NCBI RefSeq assembly: GCF_009914755.1
Contig: NC_060926.1
Source: the human T2T-CHM13v2.0 reference genome, Homo sapiens
Length of the DNA: 64,000 nucleotides
Strand: one strand, 5' to 3'
The position numbers and the translations under genes are program-made. The number at the start of each line of letters is the position of its first letter. Position 1 is the first letter of the stretch. Positions 25,223 through 38,813 of the stretch are shown here, one piece after another. The notes under the pieces were generated by a model. It was not told the origin of the DNA. It saw only the letters and a list, made by a program, of their open reading frames with translations, and did not search any database.

Positions 25223-28200
25223 TTCATTGTGACAAGCATTGGGAATACAATGATACAAAGGCAAGGTAGAGATTTTCAAGGCAGTCAGGGAACTAGCTCT
25301 TTCACCTAAAATTTATTTTAAAATATAAGGGCTCTATGTGCTAAGGGACTAATGATTGTCCCAAAGATAAAGGCTTTAGTGCATAGGGAGGCCTCATAAA
25401 GAAGGTAAGGGAGGAGTTGAACCTTGAAAGAGAAGAATAAGCAAACATTAGAGTTAGGCAAATATCGTGTAGAATGTTCATGGAATCTGGATAGTTTAAG
25501 GGATTTAGAATCCTTCTAAGAATCTTTTTTTTTTTTTTTTAAAGGACATCCAGAGTGTACTTGTGTTCAGAGAGACCATAGAAAACTTCAGAAAAAGGAA
25601 ATTCAAATGGAAAGTTTAAGCTTTTTAATAAGATTATGGTTAAAAAAATCATCAGAAGAATTAAACTGCCCTTTAGATATTATACCTGTCTTCCCTGCTG
25701 AGATTGAGATGAGTAATGAGAGTAGGGACATCTGGGTTTGTAGTGTGACCTCTAACTACATGTCAGCACTTAGAGAAGTGTCCTCCCATGTATTTGAAAT
25801 TTAAGTGACAAGCGGATGATGATTCAATTAACATTAAAAGGGAGAGAAAATGCCTTTTAAGTAGCATGTGGGAAAAATTAAGTGCAAAGGAGCCTTTTAA
25901 TTTTGTTTGGTTCCTCCACATATTGACTGTTAATTGAAAAACAGTTATTGTTAATACCACAACATGTTCTTGAGTACATCTGGGCGAATTAGAACTTGAA
26001 AGCTGTGCAGGCCTAATGAAAAAAATCAGCATTCTACTATTGCTCTAGCAATCAGCTATTGAGATGTGCGTGCCTCATTGAGGCTTTGCAAAAGTTAATT
26101 GTTGACTAAGCAATACGTAGAGAAGCTCTAGGGATCCAACATGAGTAAATCATGTTTATAACTGGAAAATTGAACGTTTCATGGATTTATATGAAACATA
26201 TGTTTCTTTTACCATTAGGATGCCTCATACCTCTATTAAATCATTTATGAGATTTTCATGGGGTCTTGCATGACATAGCTAAATGACCTATCAGGCCCAC
26301 CATGTTTCTCAATGACAGGGTACATACTCCATACTGTAGCCCCTGCAAATGGTGTCACTGGAAAACAACTGAAATGGGACTAAACCACAATATAAATGAT
26401 ACTTCCTGGATTTGTAAAATGACCCTTGAAATGACAACAAAATAGAGCTTCAAGTCAGCTTGGTCATCAGCCTTACTTGGGTAATCATGCTGTTTTAGCA
26501 CAGCCTGTCTCGTTTAGAGAGACAGGAAGTTGAACTGTGAAGGGCACACAACTGCAGGCAAAATTGGAAGTGCTAAAGGGGCAGTGTTATGGGGTGTTCT
26601 GGGGATAGCTGTCATAGGCTTGATCTCAGGGGCTTGAATGCCGAAGCAGAACTCTAGGAGACCTAGAAAGAGAAAACAGGGTTCTGTGAAACACAAAGTG
26701 GACTAAAGCATATGCAAACAAGTGTAGTACCTCTTACTAGAATTGTGATAAGTGACAAGGCTTGACTTCACAAGGATTATAGCATGAGCTGAGTTGTTGG
26801 AATTAGGATACAGAGGAGTGCAGGCATCATTGGTCCTTGAATTCCAATATATAATCATCTAGATTAAAGAGAACTTAACATTGATCAGTTCTCGAATATC
26901 TAAACACACAATCTTTGGGATGCATTTTCTGTCACTACAAAGCATTTTCGTAGCCTACATCTTTCTGTTGTTAAATGGTGTGTTTAAAAATTACAAACCC
27001 ATTGCTATGCGGACAGAAAATAAAATAAAATCATAGTAAACAGGCTCACTCTAGTAGGGATAATATAAGCATTGTATTCTAAAGCAGTAAAAGTTGGCCT
27101 TGTAAGGCACACACCCTGCTTCCTGTGAAGAATAGCACTCAATTAATAATAGTTGCATTGCTTGGTCTTCAAGATCAGTAAAGCAGTCTTATCAGAGTGT
27201 GATGTTTTCTACAATTAATCATGGCAATTAGGCTTAATACTGAATTCAAGAAAATATTCTGACACTGATGCCCTTGACACATCGTTTTGTTGAGCAAAGT
27301 AAGGATATGATTCGAGTCCACAATGATTAAGCATAGAGGTAGCACTCAGGGTGAGAACTGTTAGTTTGAAATTCAGTTCTCAAGCACCTGAAACCCAGCA
27401 GCACTCTCATTTAATGAAATTTTTATGAAAGCTTACTTTCATATCTTATCTTCTGCTCTAGAGTTTTTTAAGCAGTAAAATTGCATGGAAATTTATATAA
27501 TTATACCTTTAATTACCTAATAATTGGGGTAATTAACCAAGGGCTCCCTTAGGAGGATGCAACTGACCAGTTACACCTGCAGTTAGCTAATTTCAGGTGC
27601 TATGATTTCTGCATACAAATTTTTACACCTGCAGTTAACTGCAAGGGCTAGAGGTAAACTTAAGACAAAGGCATCTGTGTGACCCTTTCCCCTTAATGCT
27701 CATGTGCTTTATACCACTACCTAGTATCTAATGCTTAATTAAGCAGTGTTTTAAGGTCTTAGTAGGTAAAGTGTCTTCCTGGAGTGACATGGAAAATTTG
27801 GGTGAGTTGTGGTATTTTGCTCACAGAATATCAAGTAGTATTCCTCACAGGAGGAATGAGCACAAGTCTGGGGCTCATAGCCAAATAGAGATAATTAGCC
27901 TTCTACAATATAAACAGAGAGAGTGTATTTGACTAAGTAAGGTGTATTTGAAAGGGAGAGTTACACATTGTAACTGTTTTTAGAGTTGAATGTTAAAGAA
28001 GTGAATTCTAACTTACCAAGTTAATTGCGTAACATGATAATATTGAGAACACAGTAGGAGTTCAATAAATGTTTGGGGAATGAAAGAACATGCCTTGCAA
28101 TTACTTTAGGACAATTCTGAATCTGAATCTTGGGAATTCAGTAGAGCCATCTTGATCAAATGTATTATGGTAGTTCTTCTGTATATCAAATGCCAATAAA

Positions 28201-28784
28201 GGATGTTTTTCTAAATACATAAAGCTATTACTGACTTGATTCCTAAAACAGAAATTCTTTGATCTTTGGTACTACTAATCATTGAAGAAACTGGAAAAAA
28301 ATCTAGTTATAGAAAAGGCAAAACTTTAGATTGAGAAAAAAAGAATTATTCTAGATTATTCTGTTTCTCTGTGTTTTGTAACTCATTAAATTCCTACAAA
28401 ACAAATTTAATTTAGATTTAATTTGATGGGATCATAGCCCTTAGGGAAAAATTAACATCTTTGAGATAAGATTTCCGTATTATAGAGTGCAAAAAATTAA
28501 ATGATTTGCTATAAATGATTAAACTACTTGGTTATGGAATAGAGATAAAACATGTTATTCATGTCCCTCGGAGTTTGTTTCAAGATTCAGAGTATAGTTG
28601 GCTGTCTCTTTGCATCTTTGTTTCTCTTTCTAATTCTTTCTCTGTTGTAATCTGCAGTGCTTTATGATCCCACTTTTAAGTTTTTAATAATGAATAATTT
28701 AGAAATTCTGTAATAATATAAAACAAACCTGTAAACTAGCCAGTGAGTGACCATATAGGTAAAAGTCACAGTTATTAGGATAAG

Positions 28785-29020
28785 TATATATATTTTATAT
28801 GAGCAAATAATGTGTGGCTATATGCATATATATGTATACATATATGCATAGATATATACACATACCATACATATATATACCATACATTTATGTATCTATA
28901 TCTATATACATTCTGTCTGTATCTATGTATCTATGTAATATTCCTTATGTGATATGTAATAGGTAATATTATTTATATATAAATAATGTTATACATATGC
29001 ATAATGAAATAATATATTTT
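28785..29020. repeat. AT-rich (TA/TATG/TATC) low-complexity tract
   Basis: Seen directly. Confidence 0.8.
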
Positions 29021-29918
29021 CTTAACAATGTAGCTTAGAAATATTAGAGAAGCCAAAATATATTTGTTTTCATTTAAATCACCAAACTGCGTTTGAGTAT
29101 AAATAATTCCCTATTGCTAAATTAATTTTTTCAGATTAAATCATTTCTGACTCATTCCTCTCGTATCAGAAATGTTCCAGTTCTCTATAACGTGCCTCTC
29201 CAGGATTGTTTCCCATAGGAAATAAGTCGAATACAGAGTAAATCCTGTTATTTCTACTCTGGTTAAATCTCTCCTCTCTATAATTACATGAGAGACAACT
29301 TCTTTATCATATTATTTTATTAGGTTTCAGACTCACCTAAAATTAATAACTGCATTACTCCTCCTTCAACTCAATACTCTACTTATTAAAAAAACTTCAA
29401 CTATTCTGACATTTAGCAAGAAGGTAGCAAAATAGTTGGAGTATTTGTTGTTATTATTGTTTTGTTGTTTTGCTTTGTTTGTTTTAGATCTTCCATTCTT
29501 ACATAGGCTTTGTTTAGTGACCTAGTCCAATGATATGCAAAACATTGCATTGCAAATGTTATATAAATAACTCTTCAAAAGAAGAAAACAATTATTCCCT
29601 AAATAGATTATTATATTTGTTTTAATGTAGTCATAGCATGTGAGCCCTTAGCCTGGGCTGCCACTGACAGGGCTTTCTGGGTTATTGAGATTTCAGCAAG
29701 TTGCATACGATTAAAAGGACTCTCAGAACCAGCAATTTGCCTCTGAAAATGTTGTTTGCTTGGCTGCTTGATTGATACCCTCTCTTATTACATAAAAGCA
29801 CAATAAAAACTTTGACTAAACAATTAATTTGGCAACTACAATCTTAGGGGCTTTCTCTCTGTAATATTGGTTGTTTATTCCAATATCCTTTAAAAAAGTA
29901 TTTATTAAATAACTGCCC

Positions 29919-29969
29919 GTGCACATGTATGTGTGTGTGTGTGCGCGCGCACACACACACACACACACA
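29919..29969. repeat. Compound (TG)n(CG)n(CA)n microsatellite
   Basis: gtgcacatgtatgtgtgtgtgtgtgcgcgcgcacacacacacacacacaca. Confidence 0.95.
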
Positions 29970-31509
29970 GACTTCCTTTAACTGATGGGAAAGAGCTTGT
30001 TTTCTTCCAACTTTGATCTTCTGTAGTGTTTGAAATACTATTTTTTCCCTAATCTTTCCATTTCCCCTTTTGCCTTTGATCTAGGTTTATTCTTTTAGTT
30101 TTAGTACCATAAAATAGAAATAGTTATCTCTTTTATTTTGCCTTCTTACCTATTTATGAAGGGGTAAAGAGGATTAATGAGAATAAGGGTTCTAACAGTA
30201 GTGCATCTATTTTTCAAGTTGTTGCTGGCTATTTAATAGTGGATAGCAGTCCCTTTTATGTCATTGTGAATACAGGATAGTATTTTATGACCAACCATAA
30301 GTTGCACTCAGAAAAGTATCATTCATAAAGTTCCAGGACAGTGAATATATATATTTTTTTCCATTTTTTCTCTGAGGAGACAGCAAAATACAGGTTCTCT
30401 GAGGAAAGAGAAAGTGCACTTAAGTTTTTCTTTGTATCATTCAACTTTTCTGTATATTTTTAATTATAAATTGTATATAATACTCAATTCATTTTTACTT
30501 CCATGAACTAAACACAAAATAATGCTTAACCTACAGGAAAGTTTTATGTACCTGATACTAAAATATATACTATCAATATAAGTTTTCTTTTTTACCCCAA
30601 ATTCTAAGATATGTCAAAACAGACACATAAATCTATGAGTAATAAATGTATCCTTAACATCTCTGAGTTTCTCAAAAAAGAAGCTGAAAAGCATATTTCT
30701 TATAATCACATTAGATATCTCTCATATAAAAGCTATATAATAACATATTCTTTCAGGTGATTCCATATTAAACTAGTTAGAATGACTATTCACATCATGC
30801 TCTTGTTTAATTATAAAATTTCACAAGAAAAATATAGACATATTCAATTCATATATCCTCCTATAATTGAAACTTGATTTTGTCTGTTGGCATCTGCCTT
30901 AATTATGCATAAAAATCCCTATTTTTCTCCATTTTTCTCTAAGGCAAATTTCAAGTATTCTTTAACATTTTATTTAACTTGATGGTCTTATGGTACTACA
31001 AAAAGTTGTGAATACAGATAATACTGTGGAAATGTTTTAATATGTAAAACTTGATAACCTGTTCATTTTTACTCCTGGTTAATGTTTTGGATTCACATTT
31101 CCCTAGATGAGCATTCATTATTTGTGTAAGTCTATACCATTTCTATCCATTCACATTGACACACTTGGCTGAAAGTTCATTATTTGTGGAAGTATAGAGG
31201 AGGTATATGCTGGAACACATATGAAAAAAAAAAGCAAAGGTATTCATACCTCCTAGTGACCTGCCTTAATTACCATTTATATTAACGGTCAGTGATATTT
31301 AATTTCAGGTAATGAATAAATTGGATTACACGGAAATGGAATTCGAACACCTATACCTATTTATTTAAGTGCAATGACCACGTAGGCTCCATATAATATA
31401 AGATGGCTTCAGAGTATCTTTTTACCACATTTTCTTATTCTGTAGTTATCAATCCTCACAGTCTGTGCTTAAGACTTTATACCCGGTGCCTAACTTACTA
31501 AGAGGTAAT

Positions 31510-32115
31510 TATTCATGGAACAAACATTTATTTAATAGATCCTGTGTGCTACTTGCTAGGATACACCTAGGAACATGACAGTCAAAAACTCTGCTTTAAT
31601 GAAGTATATATTCAAGTGAAGGAAGTAGACTGCAAAGAAGTAAAAATACAGAGAAATGGTTGCAGATAATGATAGGTTATGATGGTTTGGAGGACAGAAT
31701 GATCAGAGAAGACTTCTCTGAGATGACGACATCAGACATCTTCAAGAATGATGTGAGGGGGATGCTGCGGAGGCCTCAAGAAAGAATATTATCAGTGGGG
31801 GGAACAGACTTGGAGACAGACGTTCTCTTGTCATGGAGGAACAGTAAGAAGGGTGGTGTGGCTGGAGTGGATAAGGTACAGGGAGAGTGTTGAAGATAAT
31901 TTCAGATAAATAGGCAAGGTTTGGGTTATTTAGGGACCTAACCGGCCATGAGTATGGAAACCACGGGTATGTGAGTCACTCTCCTACTCAAAACACGGCA
32001 GGGCCCTCTAACAGGCTATGAGTACAGAAATCACTCATGACACCAGTGGTTTCCATACTCATGGCCTGTTAGGGGGCCCTGCCGTGTTTTGAGTAGGAGA
32101 CTGAATTGGTCTGAG
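31510..32115 (-). mobile_element. L2 LINE remnant with internal inverted duplication
   Basis: attcatggaacaaacatttatt...gaagacttctctgagatga...ggaacagtaagaagggtggtgtggctggagtgga...gttttgagtaggaga is collinear with antisense L2. Confidence 0.75.
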
Positions 32116-33694
32116 CTTGTCTGAAGTGTGTGCTACAGATCCCAGTCTCAAAACAGACTCAGACTCAGACTTTCCCGTTTGGAAAATAGGACACATATAT
32201 AAAAAGCCAAATCTGTGGTACTGTCTGCTGAGTCTCAAAAATTCATGGGACTGTGGAAACACAGATTTGGGGAAGTTTAGGGTTAAAGAGAGGGAGATCT
32301 GAACTGAACTCAACTCTAAAGAAAGAATAGTACTTAGATATGTGAAAATGGTGTTGGCCCAGGGTGAAAATTAAGCAGTTTCTGTTTAGGCCATTAAAGT
32401 TGACATAATAGCAGTATTTTAATGTAGAAATAGCCAGAAGCAGTTTTACTAAAGCCAAGAAGAAAGATTAAGATTGCATGTAGAAGTAAAAGTGGTTGAA
32501 ATATTTGAAAATATTTTAAGCAAGAAGAATAAAGGACTAATCTTTCCCAGAAATTATATATTTATTTAACAAGAGACTAAGTAATTATAATAACAAGATT
32601 TAAAAAAAAAAGACAAAGAAAAAATGATACATGTAATTACAGGAAAACAACTTAGCACATCATAATACATTCAAATTTCCATATCTAATGTGATTGATGC
32701 TTCTCCAGTATGTACCCTGAGGAATGACAAAGAGGTGCTTTTGATTGCTTTTATTTATTGCCGCATAGAAATTTAACCATCCATATCCAAGAAATTACCC
32801 ATTATAATTCAGTGAGAGAATTTTGGTCTTTAATATTAATAATGCATTTGTTATTTACCCAGCACATATTTTCTGTAGCAATGCAATAAATTAAAATGGA
32901 ATAATTCTAGCAACTCTTCAGCTATAGAGCTGCATTCCTAGAACCCTACTAACTCTCTGTTCTGGACAAACCAAAATGCGTGGGTTGTCTATACAAAAAA
33001 AAGAGTGAAGCAAGTGATACACCCAAGTTTTGATGATCATTGATCTAAATTCCAATGCATGGGCAGTCATCATCAAGCTTTGGTATTAATACTAAGATAG
33101 CACAGAAATCATTCTATAGATATAATACTAATGTGCAATAAAATTATCATGTGAACATTGTTCATTAATCACTAAATTCTGATGTAATTATGTCTACTAC
33201 ATATGAAGCCGACTTTTCCCTGATGTCAGGAATTTTGTTGAGTTTCTTGTGATTAAGGATTTTTAATGTTTCTATACTTCTACCTAAAGCCAAACGTATT
33301 CTTCTTTTAATTAGGCTATATAATAATATATAAATGGCAACTTACTCATTTTAATAATATTTTTGAAATAGTGATAGTTAATCTGGCTTTCTGCTGAGTT
33401 TGTGAATGCCTGTAGGCTCAATGACTTCTGGTTGCAAACAACCATCATTTATAGATTGTGATGATGATGGGTTGTATAACTCTAATGTGCTTAGAGTTTA
33501 TAAGATGCCAGGTATATGGATATTTAATTTACCTTCTCAACTTAGTTTCTTTGGAACTATTATTCTGTTCATTAAGATTTGTGGTCTATTACATAAAAGA
33601 GTAAAACTTGATTTCAAATTGAAAATGGATTTTGGATTTGGGTTATAATTTTTCAGATATATCTACATGTTTATAATTTACATTGCTTTTAGAC

Positions 33695-33920
33695 TACATT
33701 CATTTATTCATCTTTCTAAAAATATTTTGGAAATATCTATTTTATACCAGGCACTGGGTTTAGTATTGAGACTACAATATTTAAAAAAATATGATCCTAG
33801 CCCTGCCCTCAGGGAGCACACAGTCTAGTTTTAAAGATGGCAGTAATTAAACTATCACTCACATAAGTTCAAAATCGAAGTTGTAGTACAGTTAAGGAGG
33901 AAAGAAAGATACATGGTTGA
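33695..33920 (-). mobile_element. L2 3' end
   Basis: cattcatttattcatc...ataccaggcactggg...ccctgccctcagggagcacacagtctagt. Confidence 0.75.
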
Positions 33921-35999
33921 AGAAGAGGGGACCAGTAGGGACAAGTGTCATGGGATCCACATTCCAAGAGTTAGTCTGGTCTATATGTCCTGTATCCCTG
34001 AAAAATAGCAATTCTCATGTCTTTTCCTGTGATAAGCTGTGATTAAGATACTTCTTAGGGAATTTGAGTTCAGCTTCAGAGATTTATTTCATTTCATTAA
34101 GCCCTTGATCTTAGGAATCAGCTCTCATAGCCAGAGGACAACTAGGAAAACATCTGCTTAACCTTCTCAGATCCAAGTGTTCTCTATTTCCACACAATCA
34201 TATGTTTAATATCAATTAGGGGGAAGTATTTTGCTCGAGACTGGGAGGGTAACATTCAAATTGTAGCTGAAAAATAGCCATTAATTTTGAATGATCAGGG
34301 GAAAGGATTTCTACTTTTTTCAATTTTGCATTATAATAGCAGTTCCACTAATGCATATATAATTTTCTTTCCCTTTTGCTTATCATGCACTGCTAACATG
34401 GACTTCTACAAAGGCTCAGGTTGGTGTTGCAATCTGTTTTGATCTTTATTGTTTTTATTTAGTGAAAAGAAGCTTTGATGTTTTCCTTCACAAACCAGCT
34501 TTTTTTCTCTTTGTAAATTCTGATCAAAACATTGTTCACATATGACAGAAAAAAATTCCTCCCATAGAAGAGTCACTTTCTCAAACGTTGCTGTTGAATG
34601 AATTCCTTTATTTCAGTAAAAGGACTATTTCAGACACCTAGGAAATTGATTTATATCTGCTTAAATTGGCCATGCCTGGCTTATTTTACGATAGGAAGAA
34701 AACAATGCTCTGAGATTTCAGAATCAGCCTAATATAATAGGCTCTGAAAAGATTTCTGACACGGAATCTGCCCTGTACTTTCAGAATGTCTTAAATGTCA
34801 TTGCCATGGTTAATATAGCTCCAAACAGCCGAGAATTTTATACATAGCTTCCTAGCCAGAGCTGATTCTAGGATCACCAAATTCTTAGTAAATAGCTTTC
34901 AGAAAATTAATGGTGTTTCTCTTTTTCTCTCTCTGTTTCTTAAAGCCATTAGTCTACTTTCTAGATTATATCAATATCTCATATAAATCACAAGTTCTTT
35001 ACTTTTATAGTTTTAATAAATCCACATGCTATTTCTGTACACCCCAATTCTTACTTGAAATATTATTGGTCATATAATAAATAAAAGCATCAGTAATGTT
35101 TTCAGAGACTACTTGTGTAGTAGACTGGAGTGATATTTATAATGCCTTAGGGGCCAAGTGCTAAGTGTAGCTAAAGTGAGTTTGTCACTCACAGGATAAT
35201 TCAAATTTTTTTTTCACGTGCAGGGTTTTGCAAGGACTAAGAAAGGAAAATCAAATGGCTAGGTGGTTTGGATCTCATACACTGGGAAGGGGGTAAGATG
35301 TACAATTCCAGACCTATTCTGCCTTATGCTGTTTGGTTGTTAGGAGGCAGATTTTAAGATCCAAGAATGTTATAATGTCATACCTTCTGTTATGTCTAAG
35401 CTTCATCAAATTGTTCAAGTTGGCTTTTTCTAGTCATATGGTGTATAAGTAAAGTCATGGCACAATATTCTTGGGGTTGGCTCCCATTTCACATTCTGGT
35501 CATGTGCAAACAGCTTGTATAGAGGATGAATTTACTAAAATTAAATATTCACATCATAATCTCATATTTAACTTCCAAGATTGTTATAATGATTTGTCGA
35601 GATGAATACTTAGAGTCCTATAGAAACTTTTTTTCTCTGAGTAAAAATAATGACTTATTGCTAATAAGGCTGTATACCATGCTGCATGACACATGCAACT
35701 TCGTGGATTGTTTGAGCTTACTCACCCAAAATGTTACATTGTGTTGACTTAAAGTCATTTTCTTTTTTTCGGTTGAAGATGGTGAGCACTGTCTTCCCAA
35801 TTCATGATGTATTTCTTGCTGAATAATCAATACTTCATCTTATTGATTAGTATATATTATTTTAATTTAACTTTACCCTAAAAAGGATCACATTTGAATT
35901 TTTCTTCCAAAACTTGGTCACACAATATAAAAACTAAAAAACTAAAATCTTGATATACATATAATGTCTTATCTAAAAATGAAGTGTGAGATATAGAAA

Positions 36000-36134
36000 A
36001 GGGGTCAGCAAATATGACTTTGCAGATAATGAGCTCTTGTTGCCACTACTCAACTCTGCTAGAGTAGCACAAAAGCAGCTACAGACAATAAATACATGAA
36101 TGAGCATGGCTGTGACTCAATAAAACTTGATTTA
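36000..36134. mobile_element. MER58A-like hAT-Charlie fragment
   Basis: aggggtcagcaaa...actactcaactctgc...aaagcagctacagacaata...gaatgagcatggctgtgactcaataaaactt. Confidence 0.8.
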
Positions 36135-37324
36135 GAGAAGTAGGCAATGTCAGCAAAAATAGTGGAGAAAAGATCTCCCCAAATCTCTTCCTGCATAAAA
36201 GCAGCAAGAACCACTTGGCAAAACTTGTCAAAATCAAGTTTCATAGAATTCTGGAAGTAAATCAAGGGTTTGCCACAATCTGGAGAGCGCTTACTCACAA
36301 AAATGACTGAGTCTTGGTAAGAATTGAGAGATTTCTCGCATTTTAACTTGCCCTGTTTCCAACTCCAGCTGCAGGGTACCCTTGAAAGAAGCTGCCCACA
36401 ATTGTGGTAAAACAACCAACCAACCCCAACACCTAGCATTTTGGAAGCCAGTGGAGAGGGCTGAACAGGATTGGAACTCCTTCAAAGCCCTATCTTTGAA
36501 GAATTGTCATTGTTTGAACTGTCCAGTGTTTCCCTGGAACACCCCACTCACACAGCTATCTTTGTTTGACCTGACTCCAAGCTGGTCTGGTACAAACAGC
36601 TTTTTCTCTGATATGCTTTTTCTCTAGAGAAACAGCTGTTTAGTCTAAAACACTCAGAGGCAATTGTTTAACTTGTAGCTACCTGAGATGGTATATAACA
36701 GTTAGGGTAAAGAATAGGATAACAAAAAGCTTAAAAGGAAAAGCTAGAGAATGAGATGTTCACAGGGGTTCTGACAAACTGTAAGATATTCCTGGGAATT
36801 AAAAGAGCATGCAAGTATATAGGGCTGTGCACACACTTAGGAAAGCACTGACAAGACCCTAAGATCTCACCTCAGGCAAACTATGAGACTGGGTGGAAGC
36901 AAAAAATTGAAAACAAAGGCAGTTTTAAATTGCCTGGCTAGATGTTGAACGTGTGCCCCAACACATACGTATAGCCACTCAGCAAAGACTGGTAAACTTA
37001 CTGATTCCAGATATCAAAAGGCATCTTTGTCAGATCATAACACAGAGACATCATTATACATGACAAACAACATACATATCATAGAGTTATTTCAGAAAAG
37101 TAACTAAACAAATAACAATAACAAATAGCAACAACAACAAACTTTGGGAGAGTGAAGAATCTGATTTCCAGGACTGCCATATTATATTATTTTAAATGTC
37201 TCCTCTTTAACAAAAAATTATGACACATGGAAGAAAAAAAATATGGTCCAAAAACAAGAAGCAGTCACTAGAAACTGTCTGAGGAAGCTGGGATGTTAGA
37301 CTTAAGGAGACAACTATTTTTCAA

Positions 37325-37570
37325 ATATTTTATTTAATTTTATTTTTTAATTGACAAATAATGGTAAATATTCATGGGGTACATAGTGATGTTTTGATAC
37401 ATGTAATGTATAGTGATCAAATCAGGTTAATTCACATATCCATCATCTCACACACTTATCATTTCTTTGTTTTGGAAACACTCAATATCTTCCCTCTAGC
37501 TATTTGAAACTATATATTATTGTTAACTATAGTCATGCTACAGTACAGAACACTGCATGTCCAGCTGTAA
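37325..37570 (-). mobile_element. L1MA (MA4/MA5-like) 3'-end fragment nested in the L1MB
   Basis: ttttaattgacaaataat...ggggtacatagtgatgttttgatac...tagtgatcaaatcagg...tctagctatttgaaactatat. Confidence 0.8.
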
Positions 37571-38813
37571 TGTTAGACAAAGATTTTGAACCTATTTTAA
37601 ATATGTTCAAAGCACTAAAGAAAACCATATCTAAAGAACTAAAGTATGAGAATAATGTGAAACAAAATAAAGAATATCAATTAGCCAGATAGAAATTATA
37701 AGAATTACATAGATATTCTGGAGGTAAAAAGTTGAAATGAAAAATTTACTAGAGGGCTTAAGCAACAGTTTTGGGCAGACAAAAAAAATCAGTGAATTCA
37801 AATATATGCCAATTGAGATGATCTAGTCTGAGGAACAAGAAAGATTAAAAAGTGAAGAACAATGAGAGCCTCAGAAATCTATGGGACATTATCAAGTTTG
37901 TAAACATTCACATCACGGGAGTCCCGGAAAAAAAGAGGAGAGATGGAAAGGGGCAAAAAAGATTATTTAAAGAAATAAAACCTAAAATCTTCCTGAGTTT
38001 GATGAAAAAATATAAATTCAGAAGCTCAACAAACTTTGTGGAACATAAACTCAGAGCTATTTTCACCTAGATGCATCTTAATAAAAACCGTCAAAGCCAA
38101 ACATAAAGAATCTTGACAGCAGCAAAACAGAAGTGACTTATTGTAAACAAATGAGTATCAATATCAGGATTAACATCTGAGTTCTCATCAGAAACCGTGG
38201 AGGCAAGAAGGCATTAGGAAGGCAAATTTAAAATGCTGAGAAACAGTCAATCAATACTTACATATCCAGCAAAGTATTCTTTGAAAATTAAGGAGAAATT
38301 AAGAAACTCTCAAATAAACTAAAACTGAGTATATTAATTGCTAGCTGATCAGACCTACACTAGATACTAAAGGAAGTCTTTCAGGCTGAAATGAAAGGAC
38401 ACTGGAAAGTAATTCAAATCTGCACAGAGAAAACAAAGAATACCAGTAAAGGTAAAGCTAAAGGTAATAACTACCTAAGTATCGAACACTCTACCTAGCA
38501 ATAACACAATATACATTCTTCTCCACTGCACATGGAGCATTCTCCAGGGTATACCATATGTTCAGATTCATAACAGTCTTAGTAAACTTAGAAGTCTTGA
38601 TATCATACAAAGTATTCAAGGGAAACAATAGCCAAAACAGTCTTGGAAAAAAACAAATTTGGAGGACTGACTTACACTTTTTCATTTCAAAGCTTACTAC
38701 AAAGCTCAATAATCACAATCGTGTTGTACTAACATAAGGATAAACCTGTAACTCAATAGAAGTGAGAGCCTGAAAATACACCAAAACATTTATGATCGTT
38801 TTGGCAATGGTGC

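Noticed and set aside
25190-25260. Possible tail-to-tail L2 pair forming a miR-28-like hairpin
   Set aside because: Complementarity is limited to a few bases (tgaatgattca); no extended stem.
31113-31197. Short direct repeat ttcattatttgtg.aagt about 62 bp apart
   Set aside because: Only two AT-rich copies, with no array or element structure.
32075-32097. Resemblance of gccctgccgtgttttgagta to miR-371/290-family sequences
   Set aside because: It lacks the AAGUGC seed, and the segment is explained by L2 sequence.
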